A DNA stretch of 64,000 nt, taken from assembly GCA_965223505.1 (NCBI GenBank), contig CBDCWP010000041.1, positions 1 through 64,000 on the forward strand. Direction: 5' to 3'. Below are positions 1-8,383 of the stretch, piece after piece. Each line of letters starts with the position of its first letter. Positions within the stretch are counted from its first letter, which is position 1. Under the pieces are notes generated by a model, which saw only the letters and a program-made list of their open reading frames with translations, was not told the origin of the DNA and did not search any database. This DNA comes from Planctomycetota bacterium (GTDB taxonomy: Bacteria; Planctomycetota; PLA2; JAEUHO01). The translations under genes were made by a program, and so were the position numbers.

Positions 1-141
1 GTGCCCTTGGCGAGGAGTTCGCGCCACCGGGCACGGCGGCCTGGAGCCAGCAGTTCGGCTACCGCGAGATCATCTCCGGGCGTCCCCATGACCAACATCC
101 TACATCCATCCGTGCAGCCAAGGCCGTCGTACGATGGCGGG

Positions 142-480
142 ATGCAGAACATCCGGTTCGAGGTACGCATCAACGAGGAAGTCGTCACGACGGCGGGCGT
201 CGATGGCTACGGCGTCCTGACGGCGATTCTCTCGTGGGTGCTACACGATCCGGATCGGATCCCGGAGCACGTTCGGTCGGGCACAGTGGACGAGCAGGCG
301 GAGTGGCTTCAGGAAGACCTGCGTATTCAGGTCGGAGGACTGGGCTCCGCTGGAAACCTCGACTGGGCGGATCAGCGCCTGAAGCTCGGCGACGAGGTCC
401 GCATCCGCGTGATGCCGCCCGGCCCAGTAGATGAGGCTGAGGTCCGGCCAGCCATGTGCGGGGACCCTGCGGATGGCTAG
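142..480 (+). CDS. hypothetical protein
   Basis: ATG at 142 within ORF 1..480; globular-looking sequence (MQNIRFEVRINEEVV...LKLGDEVRIRV); its end overlaps the next start. Confidence 0.6.
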   Translation: MQNIRFEVRINEEVVTTAGVDGYGVLTAILSWVLHDPDRIPEHVRSGTVDEQAEWLQEDLRIQVGGLGSAGNLDWADQRLKLGDEVRIRVMPPGPVDEAEVRPAMCGDPADG

Positions 481-868
481 ATGGGACGTCAAGGCGCACG
501 GCCACGTCGATAACGCTGTCCGGCATCAGGTCGCGGATGCCGTCGAGGGCCACGGGAACCTAGGCCATGTCCTTGCCTGGGGGGCGGCCGCGAGTCCCCC
601 GCGAAAGCCGGAAGACGTCGTCACGCAGGACGAATACACGCACGATGTCATCATGCTCTTCCAGAGCGGGATCTACGTGGTGTACGACGTCACCTGACTC
701 GGGGCGGTACAGGGGGTCTCCGTGTGGGACCGGATACCGACAGCCGACGACTTGTTGGCCGCCCGCCTTCAGCGCGGCTGGACGCCCCAGGCGAGCGCCG
801 TCCGTGGGGGAGACAGGGTTCTGGGGCATGCGGCCTGCGCGGTGACACGGGCCGATGAGGCACCCTGA
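473..868 (+). CDS. putative selenoprotein (in-frame TGA at 695-697, codon 75 of 131 aa)
   Basis: The ORF ...EDVVTQDEYTHDVI...YVVYDVT-TGA continues in frame as LGAVQGVSVWDRIPTADDLLAARLQRGWTPQASAVRGGDRVLGHAACAVTRADEAP-TGA(866-868); a hairpin follows the first TGA. Confidence 0.65.
705..739 (+). promoter_or_regulatory. candidate bacterial SECIS element
   Basis: Lower stem CGGTA/TACCG, internal loop, upper stem GGTCTC/GGGACC, apical loop CGTGT with G at loop position 2; the loop starts 24 nt after the TGA. Confidence 0.55.
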
Positions 869-1093
869 GTGTTCACGAGCCAGGGCTTGCGCGAAGTGCC
901 AGGACGGCCAGCACGGCAACGTCCTACCGTGGTATCCGGCGCGAAGCGCGCGACCTGCGTGTGCTAACGGTTCCGTGGTTCCGGACCGGGGGCGAGGCCA
1001 ATGGCCCGGGATGTTGCAGCTACAACACCCGGAAATCCGTCCTCACTCGTGGGTTACGAGAGATGCGGCCATCAACTCCAAGACACGCCTACA

Positions 1094-1140
1094 GGTTTCT
1101 AATCCGGCGGTCCCACGTTCGAGTCGTGGCGGGGGTGCCA
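1094..1140 (+). mobile_element. tRNA-Arg(TCT) 3'-half fragment, probable attachment (att) site of an integrated element
   Basis: Anticodon loop TTTCTAA, 3' anticodon stem TCCGG, variable loop CGGTC, T-arm CCACG-TTCGAGT-CGTGG, acceptor strand CGGGGGT-G-CCA; there is no matching 5' acceptor or D-arm upstream. Confidence 0.75.
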
Positions 1141-1189
1141 TCTTCCTGACAGATCGTCGGGCGTCTCGCCGACACGGCGAGAGACCGCT

Positions 1190-2419
1190 TCACACGGCGT
1201 CGCTCGTCGCGCTCTCGTCGAGCACCTCGTGGGCCACCGGCAGCTCGGGCAGCTCCTTCACCTTCTGGCGCCGTCGGCGACGGGTCTTCGCCGGAATCAG
1301 CTCACGCATCAGCTCCAACTTGCCGAAGCACAGCAACCGATCGCCCGCCTCCAACACGCGCTCCGCCCTGGGATTCGGAATGACCTTCGAATCACGATGC
1401 AACGTCAGCACGTTGATGTCCTTCTCACGGAAGTCCGACTCCGCGATCGAACGCCCGACGTACTTCGACCCGTCGGGAACGTGAATCTCGGTCACCCCGT
1501 AGCCGCGGCTGACGGTCAGCCGCTGGCGCAGGTCGATCTCCGCGAAGTCCACCTGCGCCGCGATGTAGTCCATGATGGATCCCGCGATGTCGAGCTGAGT
1601 GCAACGCTCGATGCCCTCGAGGCCGGGTGACGAGTTGACCTCCATGATCTGCGGACCGTCCTGACTCTCGAGCATGTCGACACCGGCGACACGCAAGCCC
1701 ATGATCTGCGCCGCGCGGACCGCCGTCTCCTTGTAGTCCTCGCCCAGCTCCACCTGCTCGGTGAGCCCGCCACGGTGGACATTGCTTCGGAACTCCTGTC
1801 CCTGCGCAACGCGCCGCATCGCCGCAACGACCTGATCCCCCACGACGAACGCGCGGATGTCACGCCCCCGGCTCTCCGCCACGAACTTCTGGATCAACAC
1901 GTTCTGCTTCTGGCTTTGGAGCAGTTCGATGATCGACTCGGCTGATTCGACGGTGTCGGCGAGCAAGACGCCGATCCCCTGCGTGCCCTCCAGCAGCTTG
2001 ATGACGACGGGCGCGCCGCCCACCCGCTGAATCGCCGGCAACACGTCTTTCTTGTCGCGAACGAAGGTCGTCTGCGGGATGCCGATGTGATGTCGGCTGA
2101 GGATCTGCAAGCTGCGCAGCTTGTCGCGAGAGTTGGAGATGCCGGCCGACGAGTTCGCGCAGAACACGTCCATCTGCTCGAATTGGCGCACGACGGCCGT
2201 GCCGAAGTACGTGATCGACGAGCCGATTCGCGGGAGCACGGCGTCGTAGTCGGAGAGCTGCTTCTGACGAAAGTACAGGTCCGGCTCGCCCCGTCGAAGG
2301 TCGATCGCGAACTTCAGCGTGTCGAGCACCTTGACGGTGTGGCCTCGCTGCGCCGCGGCTTCGCGCAGACGCCGCGTGCTGTAGCACTGCGGGCTGCAGG
2401 AGAGGATGGCAAGCTTCAC
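1190..2419 (-). CDS. rimK: RimK-family alpha-L-glutamate ligase (ATP-grasp) with C-terminal TrkA-C/RCK_C domain
   Basis: Motifs KLAILS..YSTRRL, RDKLRSLQIL, VIKLLEGTQGIGV, EFRSNVHRGG, MEVNSSPGLEGIE; C-terminal INVLTLHRDSKVIPNP..LEAGDRLL; GTG start with an AAGGAG RBS. Confidence 0.92.
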   Translation of the reverse strand: MKLAILSCSPQCYSTRRLREAAAQRGHTVKVLDTLKFAIDLRRGEPDLYFRQKQLSDYDAVLPRIGSSITYFGTAVVRQFEQMDVFCANSSAGISNSRDKLRSLQILSRHHIGIPQTTFVRDKKDVLPAIQRVGGAPVVIKLLEGTQGIGVLLADTVESAESIIELLQSQKQNVLIQKFVAESRGRDIRAFVVGDQVVAAMRRVAQGQEFRSNVHRGGLTEQVELGEDYKETAVRAAQIMGLRVAGVDMLESQDGPQIMEVNSSPGLEGIERCTQLDIAGSIMDYIAAQVDFAEIDLRQRLTVSRGYGVTEIHVPDGSKYVGRSIAESDFREKDINVLTLHRDSKVIPNPRAERVLEAGDRLLCFGKLELMRELIPAKTRRRRRQKVKELPELPVAHEVLDESATSDAV

Positions 2420-2535
2420 ACGGTCTCCTTCTCGAGGCGGGTCCGACCGCCGGGCTGAGTGTAGTGCCCGGCCGCGCGCCGCGTACAGAGGGGCCCGACC
2501 CTGGTCCGACCCCCCTCGCACAATGCGGGCCGATC

Positions 2536-3510
2536 ATGAACGACGACGACGGATTGGTGTTCGCGTGCTTGCTCGACGGGCAAGGGGGCGGCCGTTTCGG
2601 CGGGTGGGACCTCGTGCGCGAGGCGGCCCCCGGCGACGGGGTCCTCTGGGTGCATCTCGACCTGCGCGTCGAGCGCGCTCGCCGTTGGATCGAACAGGAG
2701 AGCGGCCTCGACGAGATCGCGCGGACCGCCCTGCTCGCACAGGCGTCGCGCCCGCGAAGCGTCGCGCGCGGCGACGCGTTGCTGGTGAACCTACGCGGCG
2801 TGAATCTCAATCCCGGCTCGGAGCCCGACGACATGATCGCGGTGCGGGTGGAGTTGGAGGGCCGCCGCGTGATCACGACACGGCGGCGGCGCCTCAAGGC
2901 GCTCCAGGACGTCAGGCGGGCGCTCGAGGGCGGCAACGGCCCGGTCGACACCGGGAGCTTTCTCGTCGACCTGATCGACCGACTCCTGCGGCGCATGGCG
3001 GTTGCGTTCGAGGCGCTCGACGACCGCATCGACGACGTGCAGGCACGGATCCTCACCGGCGCAGGTTCCGCCCTGCGCTCGGAGATCGCGGAGATCCGCA
3101 ACCAGGTGATCTCCATGCGGCGCTACCTCGCGCCGCAGCGGGACGCAGTCGCGCGCCTTCAGTCCGAGAAGGTGCCCTGGCTCACGGCCGTGCACCGCGA
3201 GGAGCTGCGCGATCTGGCCGACCGTACGACGCGACGGGTGGAGGACCTCGAGGCGGCGCGCGACCGGGCCACGGTCGCGCACGAGGAGCTGACAGGCCGC
3301 ATGGCCGAACAGATGAACCGGACCATGTACATCCTGGCGCTCGTCGCGGCGATCTTCCTCCCGCTCGGGCTCATCACGGGTCTGCTCGGCATCAACGTGG
3401 GCGGCATGCCCGGCGCCGAGAACCGCGCCGCGTTCTGGATCGTCTGCGGCCTGCTGGTTGCGCTTGCCGCGACCCAATGGTGGTGGTTCAAGAAGCGCCG
3501 ATTGCTCTGA
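2536..3510 (+). CDS. zntB: CorA-family zinc transporter ZntB
   Basis: LWVHLD, RPR, LRGVNLNPG..PDDM, and C-terminal transmembrane helices with the GINVGGMPG motif. Confidence 0.88.
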   Translation: MNDDDGLVFACLLDGQGGGRFGGWDLVREAAPGDGVLWVHLDLRVERARRWIEQESGLDEIARTALLAQASRPRSVARGDALLVNLRGVNLNPGSEPDDMIAVRVELEGRRVITTRRRRLKALQDVRRALEGGNGPVDTGSFLVDLIDRLLRRMAVAFEALDDRIDDVQARILTGAGSALRSEIAEIRNQVISMRRYLAPQRDAVARLQSEKVPWLTAVHREELRDLADRTTRRVEDLEAARDRATVAHEELTGRMAEQMNRTMYILALVAAIFLPLGLITGLLGINVGGMPGAENRAAFWIVCGLLVALAATQWWWFKKRRLL

Positions 3511-3522
3511 CCCACCGGCGGG

Positions 3523-4272
3523 CTACTTGCCCGCGGGAGACCTCCTTTTCTCCTCGCGGGCGTGAAGCCACTTGCGCCACGCCGCCGGCGTCTTGCCGGC
3601 ATCTTCGCCGGCAATCGCGGCGAGCGCTTCGTGCAGCGCCGCGCGCTCGGTCGTGGAGATCACGCTTCGCGTGGAGAGCACCTTGACGTCCTGAACGGCT
3701 CCAGCCTGGAGCGTGCCGATGATGGGATCGGCAATGAACGCCGTTCAGGCCACCTCGACGTCGAAGTCCTGCAGATAGCTTCGTTGCGTGATCTGCGCGA
3801 AGTAGCTGCGCGGCGCGTTTCCGCTCGAGCGCTCCCACCGCTTGACGAGGTACGGCAGCGCCCGTTCGTCCTTGGTTCTCCCGAGCGCCTTCGCCGCGCG
3901 CACACGGGTCGCGACGCTGCGGCTCTTCAGGGCCTCGACGAGGCGGTCGAACGCATCGCGCTTCACCGGCCTTGCGGGCGAGCGTTTCGGCTTCTCGGCG
4001 CCCCCCACGACGATCGCCAGCTGCTTGCGCGCCGCCTCCTTCGTGAGCCAGGCGTCGTCCACTCTGACGTAGCCCAGCGCCCGGCGCGCAGCGGCGTGAT
4101 CCGCGTCCTCGGCGAGCACCCGTTGGTAGAGCTTGCGGGCGTCCGCGGCTCGTCCGTCGTGCTCGCAGCGAAGCGCTTCGGCATAGAGTGCGCGGGTATC
4201 TACTTCGTCGTCGCCCGCGACTGCGGTCGCAACGAGCGTCGTCACGACGAGCGCGGTGATGATGTTCCGCAT
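3523..4272 (-). CDS. secreted HEAT-repeat protein with in-frame TGA (3745-3747, codon 176 of 249 aa); candidate selenoprotein or readthrough product
   Basis: ATG 4272 with GGGAGG RBS and a signal peptide; HEAT repeat (VRAAKALGRTKDERALPYLV); SYLQDFDVEVA-TGA-TAFIADPIIGTLQAGAVQDVKV...ALAAIAGEDAGKTPAAWRKWL...GK-TAG(3523-3525). Confidence 0.7.
3690..3749 (-). promoter_or_regulatory. candidate recoding/SECIS-like structured RNA around the in-frame UGA
   Basis: Hairpin TGCCGAT/ATCGGCA begins 11 nt after the TGA; second hairpin GCTCCA-GGC-TGGAGC; a 10-bp outer helix CCTGAACGGC/GCCGTTCAGG includes the UGA. Confidence 0.55.
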
Positions 4273-4373
4273 GTGAACCTCCCTGGTACACGATGCGGGA
4301 CGCGCCCATCCCTGGAAACGCACGCGGGCGGATCTTGCAGACGCAAATCGCGGCGGACAGCGCGGAGCGGCTC

Positions 4374-4604
4374 CTATGCGCCCATGTGGAGCGCGACGAG
4401 CGCTTCGAACTCCTCCTGGCACTCGCCGCAGATCTCCAAGTGCTGCCGAACGATTCTAAGATCCACCGCGGTCTCACCCCCGATGTCGACATACTCGAGA
4501 TACGCGGATACGCGCGCGAGGAACTCGTCGCAGTCGATCTCCGAGGGTTCGGTCGCCGCGACGACGCGTAGGAGCTCCTGGAGCAGGGAGAGGTCCACCT
4601 TCAT
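4374..4604 (-). CDS. small anti-sigma factor (zf-HC2-like)
   Basis: EIDCDEF...QHLEICGECQEEFEAL (HxxxCxxC); ATGA overlap with the sigma factor stop. Confidence 0.8.
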   Translation of the reverse strand: MKVDLSLLQELLRVVAATEPSEIDCDEFLARVSAYLEYVDIGGETAVDLRIVRQHLEICGECQEEFEALVALHMGA

Positions 4605-5224
4605 GATCGGTTCGACGCTCCTGCCAGCTCGGTTCTTACCTCCCGGTCGCTGAACCCGGCCTCGTTCAGCGCTCGTTTGAGCTTCTTGCGAGCATCGTGA
4701 TGAAGCTTGTAGAGGGCGTTTGGGTTGGTTCCAAGGCGCTGAGCGAGAACACGCGAGGGCACCCCCGCCAGCTCGCCCAGGACCGCACACCGCTGCCGAT
4801 CCGTAAGCACCTCCTCGATGGCGGCATGCAGCGTCGCGAGCAAGGATCTGCGCTCGGCCGCGCGACCGGGATCGACCGGGTTCTCTTTCAGCGGTTCGAC
4901 GCCCGGCAGCTCGAGCACTCCGACAGGTCGAAGGTCGTGCCGGCGACGTCTCAGCGCGCTGAGCGCGACGCGAACGGCCACCGCGGTTGCCCAGGTCGTG
5001 AAGCGGCTGTCGCCGCGGAACGTGTCGAGCCCTTTCAGTACACGCATCACGGCGTCCTGCGTGAAATCGTCGAGATCCGAGTCGCACACTTCCGCACGGC
5101 CGCGAAGTACGCGTGCCAGCACCCTGCGTAGGTAGGCGCACAGCTCGTCGGCGCATGCGTCGTCGTTCTTCCGAAGCTCTTCGAGCCACTGCGCGTTCGT
5201 TCTGTGCTGGAGTACGGTGGGCAC
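4601..5224 (-). CDS. ECF-family RNA polymerase sigma factor
   Basis: Region 2 DDFTQDAVMRV..LDTFRGDSRFTTWA; region 4 LTDRQR..LGTNPNALYKLHHDARKKL; GTG start inferred. Confidence 0.88.
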   Translation of the reverse strand: MPTVLQHRTNAQWLEELRKNDDACADELCAYLRRVLARVLRGRAEVCDSDLDDFTQDAVMRVLKGLDTFRGDSRFTTWATAVAVRVALSALRRRRHDLRPVGVLELPGVEPLKENPVDPGRAAERRSLLATLHAAIEEVLTDRQRCAVLGELAGVPSRVLAQRLGTNPNALYKLHHDARKKLKRALNEAGFSDREVRTELAGASNRS

Positions 5225-5377
5225 GTCTCTTCCTGTGCCTCCCGCAACCACGACGGGGAAGTGCGGACGGGGTTTCCGCTTTTCCGGAAAGCGCGGGTAA
5301 GGATCCGGGCGCTGCGGCGACCAACGCATGAGTGCCGAGTGGCACGAACCCCACAACCCATTCAGGAGTGACCCATC

Positions 5378-5878
5378 ATGGTCCGATTCAGCATGGTTGC
5401 AGCGGCTCTTCTCGTCGCCGTGGCTCTCTCTTCCTCATTCGACGCGGGCGCCGCGCCGTCGACCGCCGAGGGCGAGAGCCGCGCGTACCTGCATAGCTAC
5501 AACCTTCCGAGCAGCGGACTCGCGATCGACGGCTACTGCCCCGTCGCGTACTTCGCGGTGAACAAGCCGCTGCGCGGCAAGAAGGAGTTCTCGTCGACCT
5601 TCGACGACGTGACCTACCACTTCGTCTCCGCGGATGCCAAGAAGACCTTCGACAAGAACCCCGAGAAGTACCTCCCGGCCTACGGCGGCTGGTGCGCCTT
5701 CGGGATGGCGGTCTCCGACAAGTTCCCGGTGGACCCGACGAACTTCAAGATCGTCGACGGCCGGCTCATGCTGTTTCTCAAGAACAAGAACGTGGACGCG
5801 CGCGCGCTCTGGGACAAGGGCGACGAGCGCGAGCTCGTGCGTAAGGCCGAGGCCCACTGGAAGAAGGTCCAAGGCTAG
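5378..5878 (+). CDS. YHS domain-containing (seleno)protein family, Cys form, secreted
   Basis: Signal peptide; LAIDGYCPVAYF, YHFVS..F..NPEKYLPAYGGWCAFGMA, DP..FKIVDGRLMLF; AGGAG RBS. Confidence 0.85.
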   Translation: MVRFSMVAAALLVAVALSSSFDAGAAPSTAEGESRAYLHSYNLPSSGLAIDGYCPVAYFAVNKPLRGKKEFSSTFDDVTYHFVSADAKKTFDKNPEKYLPAYGGWCAFGMAVSDKFPVDPTNFKIVDGRLMLFLKNKNVDARALWDKGDERELVRKAEAHWKKVQG

Positions 5879-5931
5879 ACTCGGTCCGACGCCCCGGGGC
5901 CGGGCCGCGGCCCCGGGACTTCGAGAACGTC

Positions 5932-6504
5932 ATGCTCGAGAACCTGCTGACAGAGATTCGGAAGTGCGACGTCTGCGCGGAGCATCTGCCGCTCGGACCG
6001 CGGCCGGTGCTGACCGCGCATCGCGACGCGCGCCTCTTGGTCATCGGGCAAGCGCCCGGCAAACGCGTGCATGCCAGCGGCGTTCCCTGGGACGACCCGA
6101 GCGGCGACCGTCTTCGCGCGTGGCTCGGCGTCGACAGGGAGACCTTTTACGGGAAGCGGATCGCGCTCGTGCCTATGGGCTTCTGCTACCCGGGGACGGG
6201 CAAGTCCGGCGACCTGCCGCCGCGCAAGGAGTGCGCGGAACGTTGGCACGAACGGGTGCTGGAGCGCCTCCCGGCCGTCGAGCTCACGATCCTGCTCAGC
6301 CGCTACGCGCATGCGCACTACCTCGGCAAGCAGGCCAAGAAGACGCTCACGGAGACCGTCCGGTCCTGGCGTGCGTACACCCCGGCGCAGCTGCCGCTGC
6401 CGCATCCGAGCCCGCGCAACAACATCTGGCTCGAGAAAAACCCCTGGTTCGAGGCAGAGGTGCTGCCCTACCTGCGCCGCCGAGTCCGCCGCGTCCTGCG
6501 ATGA
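5932..6504 (+). CDS. uracil-DNA glycosylase family protein
   Basis: IRKCDVC, IGQAPG, WDDPSGDRLR.WLG, PMGFCYPG, PLPHPSPRN. Confidence 0.88.
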   Translation: MLENLLTEIRKCDVCAEHLPLGPRPVLTAHRDARLLVIGQAPGKRVHASGVPWDDPSGDRLRAWLGVDRETFYGKRIALVPMGFCYPGTGKSGDLPPRKECAERWHERVLERLPAVELTILLSRYAHAHYLGKQAKKTLTETVRSWRAYTPAQLPLPHPSPRNNIWLEKNPWFEAEVLPYLRRRVRRVLR

Positions 6505-6553
6505 GCGCTCGCCGCCAACGTAAACGAGCGATTCTGCGTATGCTCTCGGGCAC

Positions 6554-6896
6554 ATGCGCCCCGATCGGCTACGCGTCTTCGTCAGCTCCAAGATGGCCGA
6601 GCTCGCCCGGAGCGCGCTGCGGTCAAAGAGGTCCTCGACGATCTGAACGTGGACGCATGGGTCTGGAGGTCTACGCGGACGAGCGACTCGACCCGCGCGT
6701 GCTCTCCGTTTCGACCTCCGCGGCGATGGTGGTCGGCGCGATCGACGGCTTCGTCTGCTTCGCCGGCGTCCACATGCAGGAGCCGCTCGTGCAGCTCATC
6801 GGAGCGGTCGTGATCGCACTGGCGGTGCAGTACGTGATCATTCGCGCCGCGGTCGTGAGCGCGCTACAGGAACGGGCCGAGAAGGAGTCGCGCTAG
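6554..6896 (+). pseudogene. DUF4062-like gene with two apparent 1-nt deletions (pseudogene or assembly error)
   Basis: ATG 6554 gives MRPDRLRVFVSSKMAELA; the next frame gives ERAAVKEVLDDLNVDAWVW; a third frame gives EVYADERLD...hydrophobic tail to TAG 6896. Confidence 0.5.
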
Positions 6897-7165
6897 CGCC
6901 GCGTCGTCTCCAGCGACTCGAGGTCGATCGTCGGACAGCGCCGCACCGCGAGCAGGGCGTTCGCGAACGGCATGTCGAACGTCAGTCGCAGGTTCTCGCC
7001 GTCGACGACCTCGAGGCCGAGCTTCTCGAATCCCAGGTGCGAGAAGAACGCCAGCGCGCCGAAGAAGTCGTCGGCGTCGTCGGCCTTGATCGCGCCGCTC
7101 TTGACCAGTGCGTCCGACAGGATGCGGTGCGGGTCCCGCGGGGCTTCGTTGACGGGCTTGACCAT
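6893..7165 (-). CDS. hypothetical protein
   Basis: 90-aa ORF with ATG preceded by AGGAGG; GC-rich third codon positions. Confidence 0.6.
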   Translation of the reverse strand: MVKPVNEAPRDPHRILSDALVKSGAIKADDADDFFGALAFFSHLGFEKLGLEVVDGENLRLTFDMPFANALLAVRRCPTIDLESLETTRR

Positions 7166-7246
7166 GGTTTCGCCTCCTACGCTCGAAGTCGTGCAATCCT
7201 AGGCACCCCCCGGGACGCGCCCGCGGGACCTGATGGAAGCCTTCCC

Positions 7247-8383
7247 ATGCGCCGCGTGCTGTGCGCTGCACTCGTGTTCTCGCTCTCGCTGTGCGCCGCG
7301 GGCACGGCGCGCGCGGACGACCGTGGCGGCCCCGTCATCGAGCCGACGAAGAAACCGTGGCTGTGGGTCGCCCACCGCCACGACGCGACGATCTACCTCT
7401 ACGGAACCCTGCACGCGCCGGACGAACGCATCCTCGCCGTCCCCCCCACCGTCACGCGAGCGCTCGCGGCGAGTGACAATTTTGTCGCCGAAGTGCTCAT
7501 GACCGACGCGGTGCAGCATCAGCTGCTCTACCACATGCGCCTGCCCCGCAACCGGCCGCTCGCGTCGGTGATCCCGGCGCCGCTCTTCGACCGCGTCGCG
7601 AGAATCCTGAAGGACGCCGGGCAGTCCGTCGCGTCGTTCGAGTTCATCAAGCCCTGGCGGCTCGACGTCCACATCGGCGAGCTGGACGCGCCGAGAGACA
7701 CGCGCGCGAAAAGGAGCATCGACCAGCTGCTGTACGAACGAGCACGCGACGCCGGCAAGAAGCTCGACGAGCTCGAGAGCGCCTACGGGCAGATCGGCTT
7801 CTTCGACAGCATGTCGTACGCGGAACAGTCACGCTTGCTCGGCCAGACCGTAGAGCGCCTCGAGTCCGATCGCGCCAAGGGCGTCAACGGCGTCGACTCG
7901 ATGATCCGGTCGTATCTCTCCGGCGACGTGGAGCGGCTCATGCGAGAGGTCGAGAGCTACTTCGACTTCACGGTCGAGGCCGACGTCGAGCTCTACCAAC
8001 GCATGCACGCGAAGCGCAACGAGAAGATGGCCGCGCGGCTGCTGCGCAAGATCGCAGAGGATCCCGGCAAGTCCTGGTTCGTGGCGATCGGCGCGGCGCA
8101 CGTTCCGCGCGCCTCGGGTCTCGTGGCCCTGCTCGAGCTACAGGCCTTCGACGCATGGCGCGTCGTGGAAGACGACGATCTACCGGAGTCACGCGAGGAG
8201 GCGGCGCAACGGATGAAGGAGATCTGGGTCGCCCGGATGAACGCGAATGCCGCCGAGCTCGTCACCGATCGCCCGGGCCTGGATGCCGCGCCGACCGACG
8301 CGGCGAGCGAACGGCGAACTAGACCGCGCCGCTGTCGCGCAAGGCGTCGATGTCGCTGCTTCCCATTCCGAGGACTTCGCTGA
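7247..8383 (+). CDS. TraB/GumN family protein (secreted)
   Basis: Signal peptide; WLW...IYLYGTLH, ELES...QI, RNEKMA, FVAIGAAHV. Confidence 0.85.
   Translation: MRRVLCAALVFSLSLCAAGTARADDRGGPVIEPTKKPWLWVAHRHDATIYLYGTLHAPDERILAVPPTVTRALAASDNFVAEVLMTDAVQHQLLYHMRLPRNRPLASVIPAPLFDRVARILKDAGQSVASFEFIKPWRLDVHIGELDAPRDTRAKRSIDQLLYERARDAGKKLDELESAYGQIGFFDSMSYAEQSRLLGQTVERLESDRAKGVNGVDSMIRSYLSGDVERLMREVESYFDFTVEADVELYQRMHAKRNEKMAARLLRKIAEDPGKSWFVAIGAAHVPRASGLVALLELQAFDAWRVVEDDDLPESREEAAQRMKEIWVARMNANAAELVTDRPGLDAAPTDAASERRTRPRRCRARRRCRCFPFRGLR

Noticed and set aside
1..98. Possible partial minus-strand CDS running off the left edge
   Set aside because: It is too short to support, with no recognisable motif.
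1060..1140. Complete tRNA-Arg gene
   Set aside because: There is no 5' acceptor strand or D-arm, and the 5' anticodon stem (ACAGG) does not fully pair with TCCGG; it is treated as an att fragment.
8319..8383. Arg/Cys-rich tail of the TraB/GumN protein as a functional motif
   Set aside because: It is encoded antisense to the CoA-transferase 3' end and can be explained as run-on into the overlapping gene.
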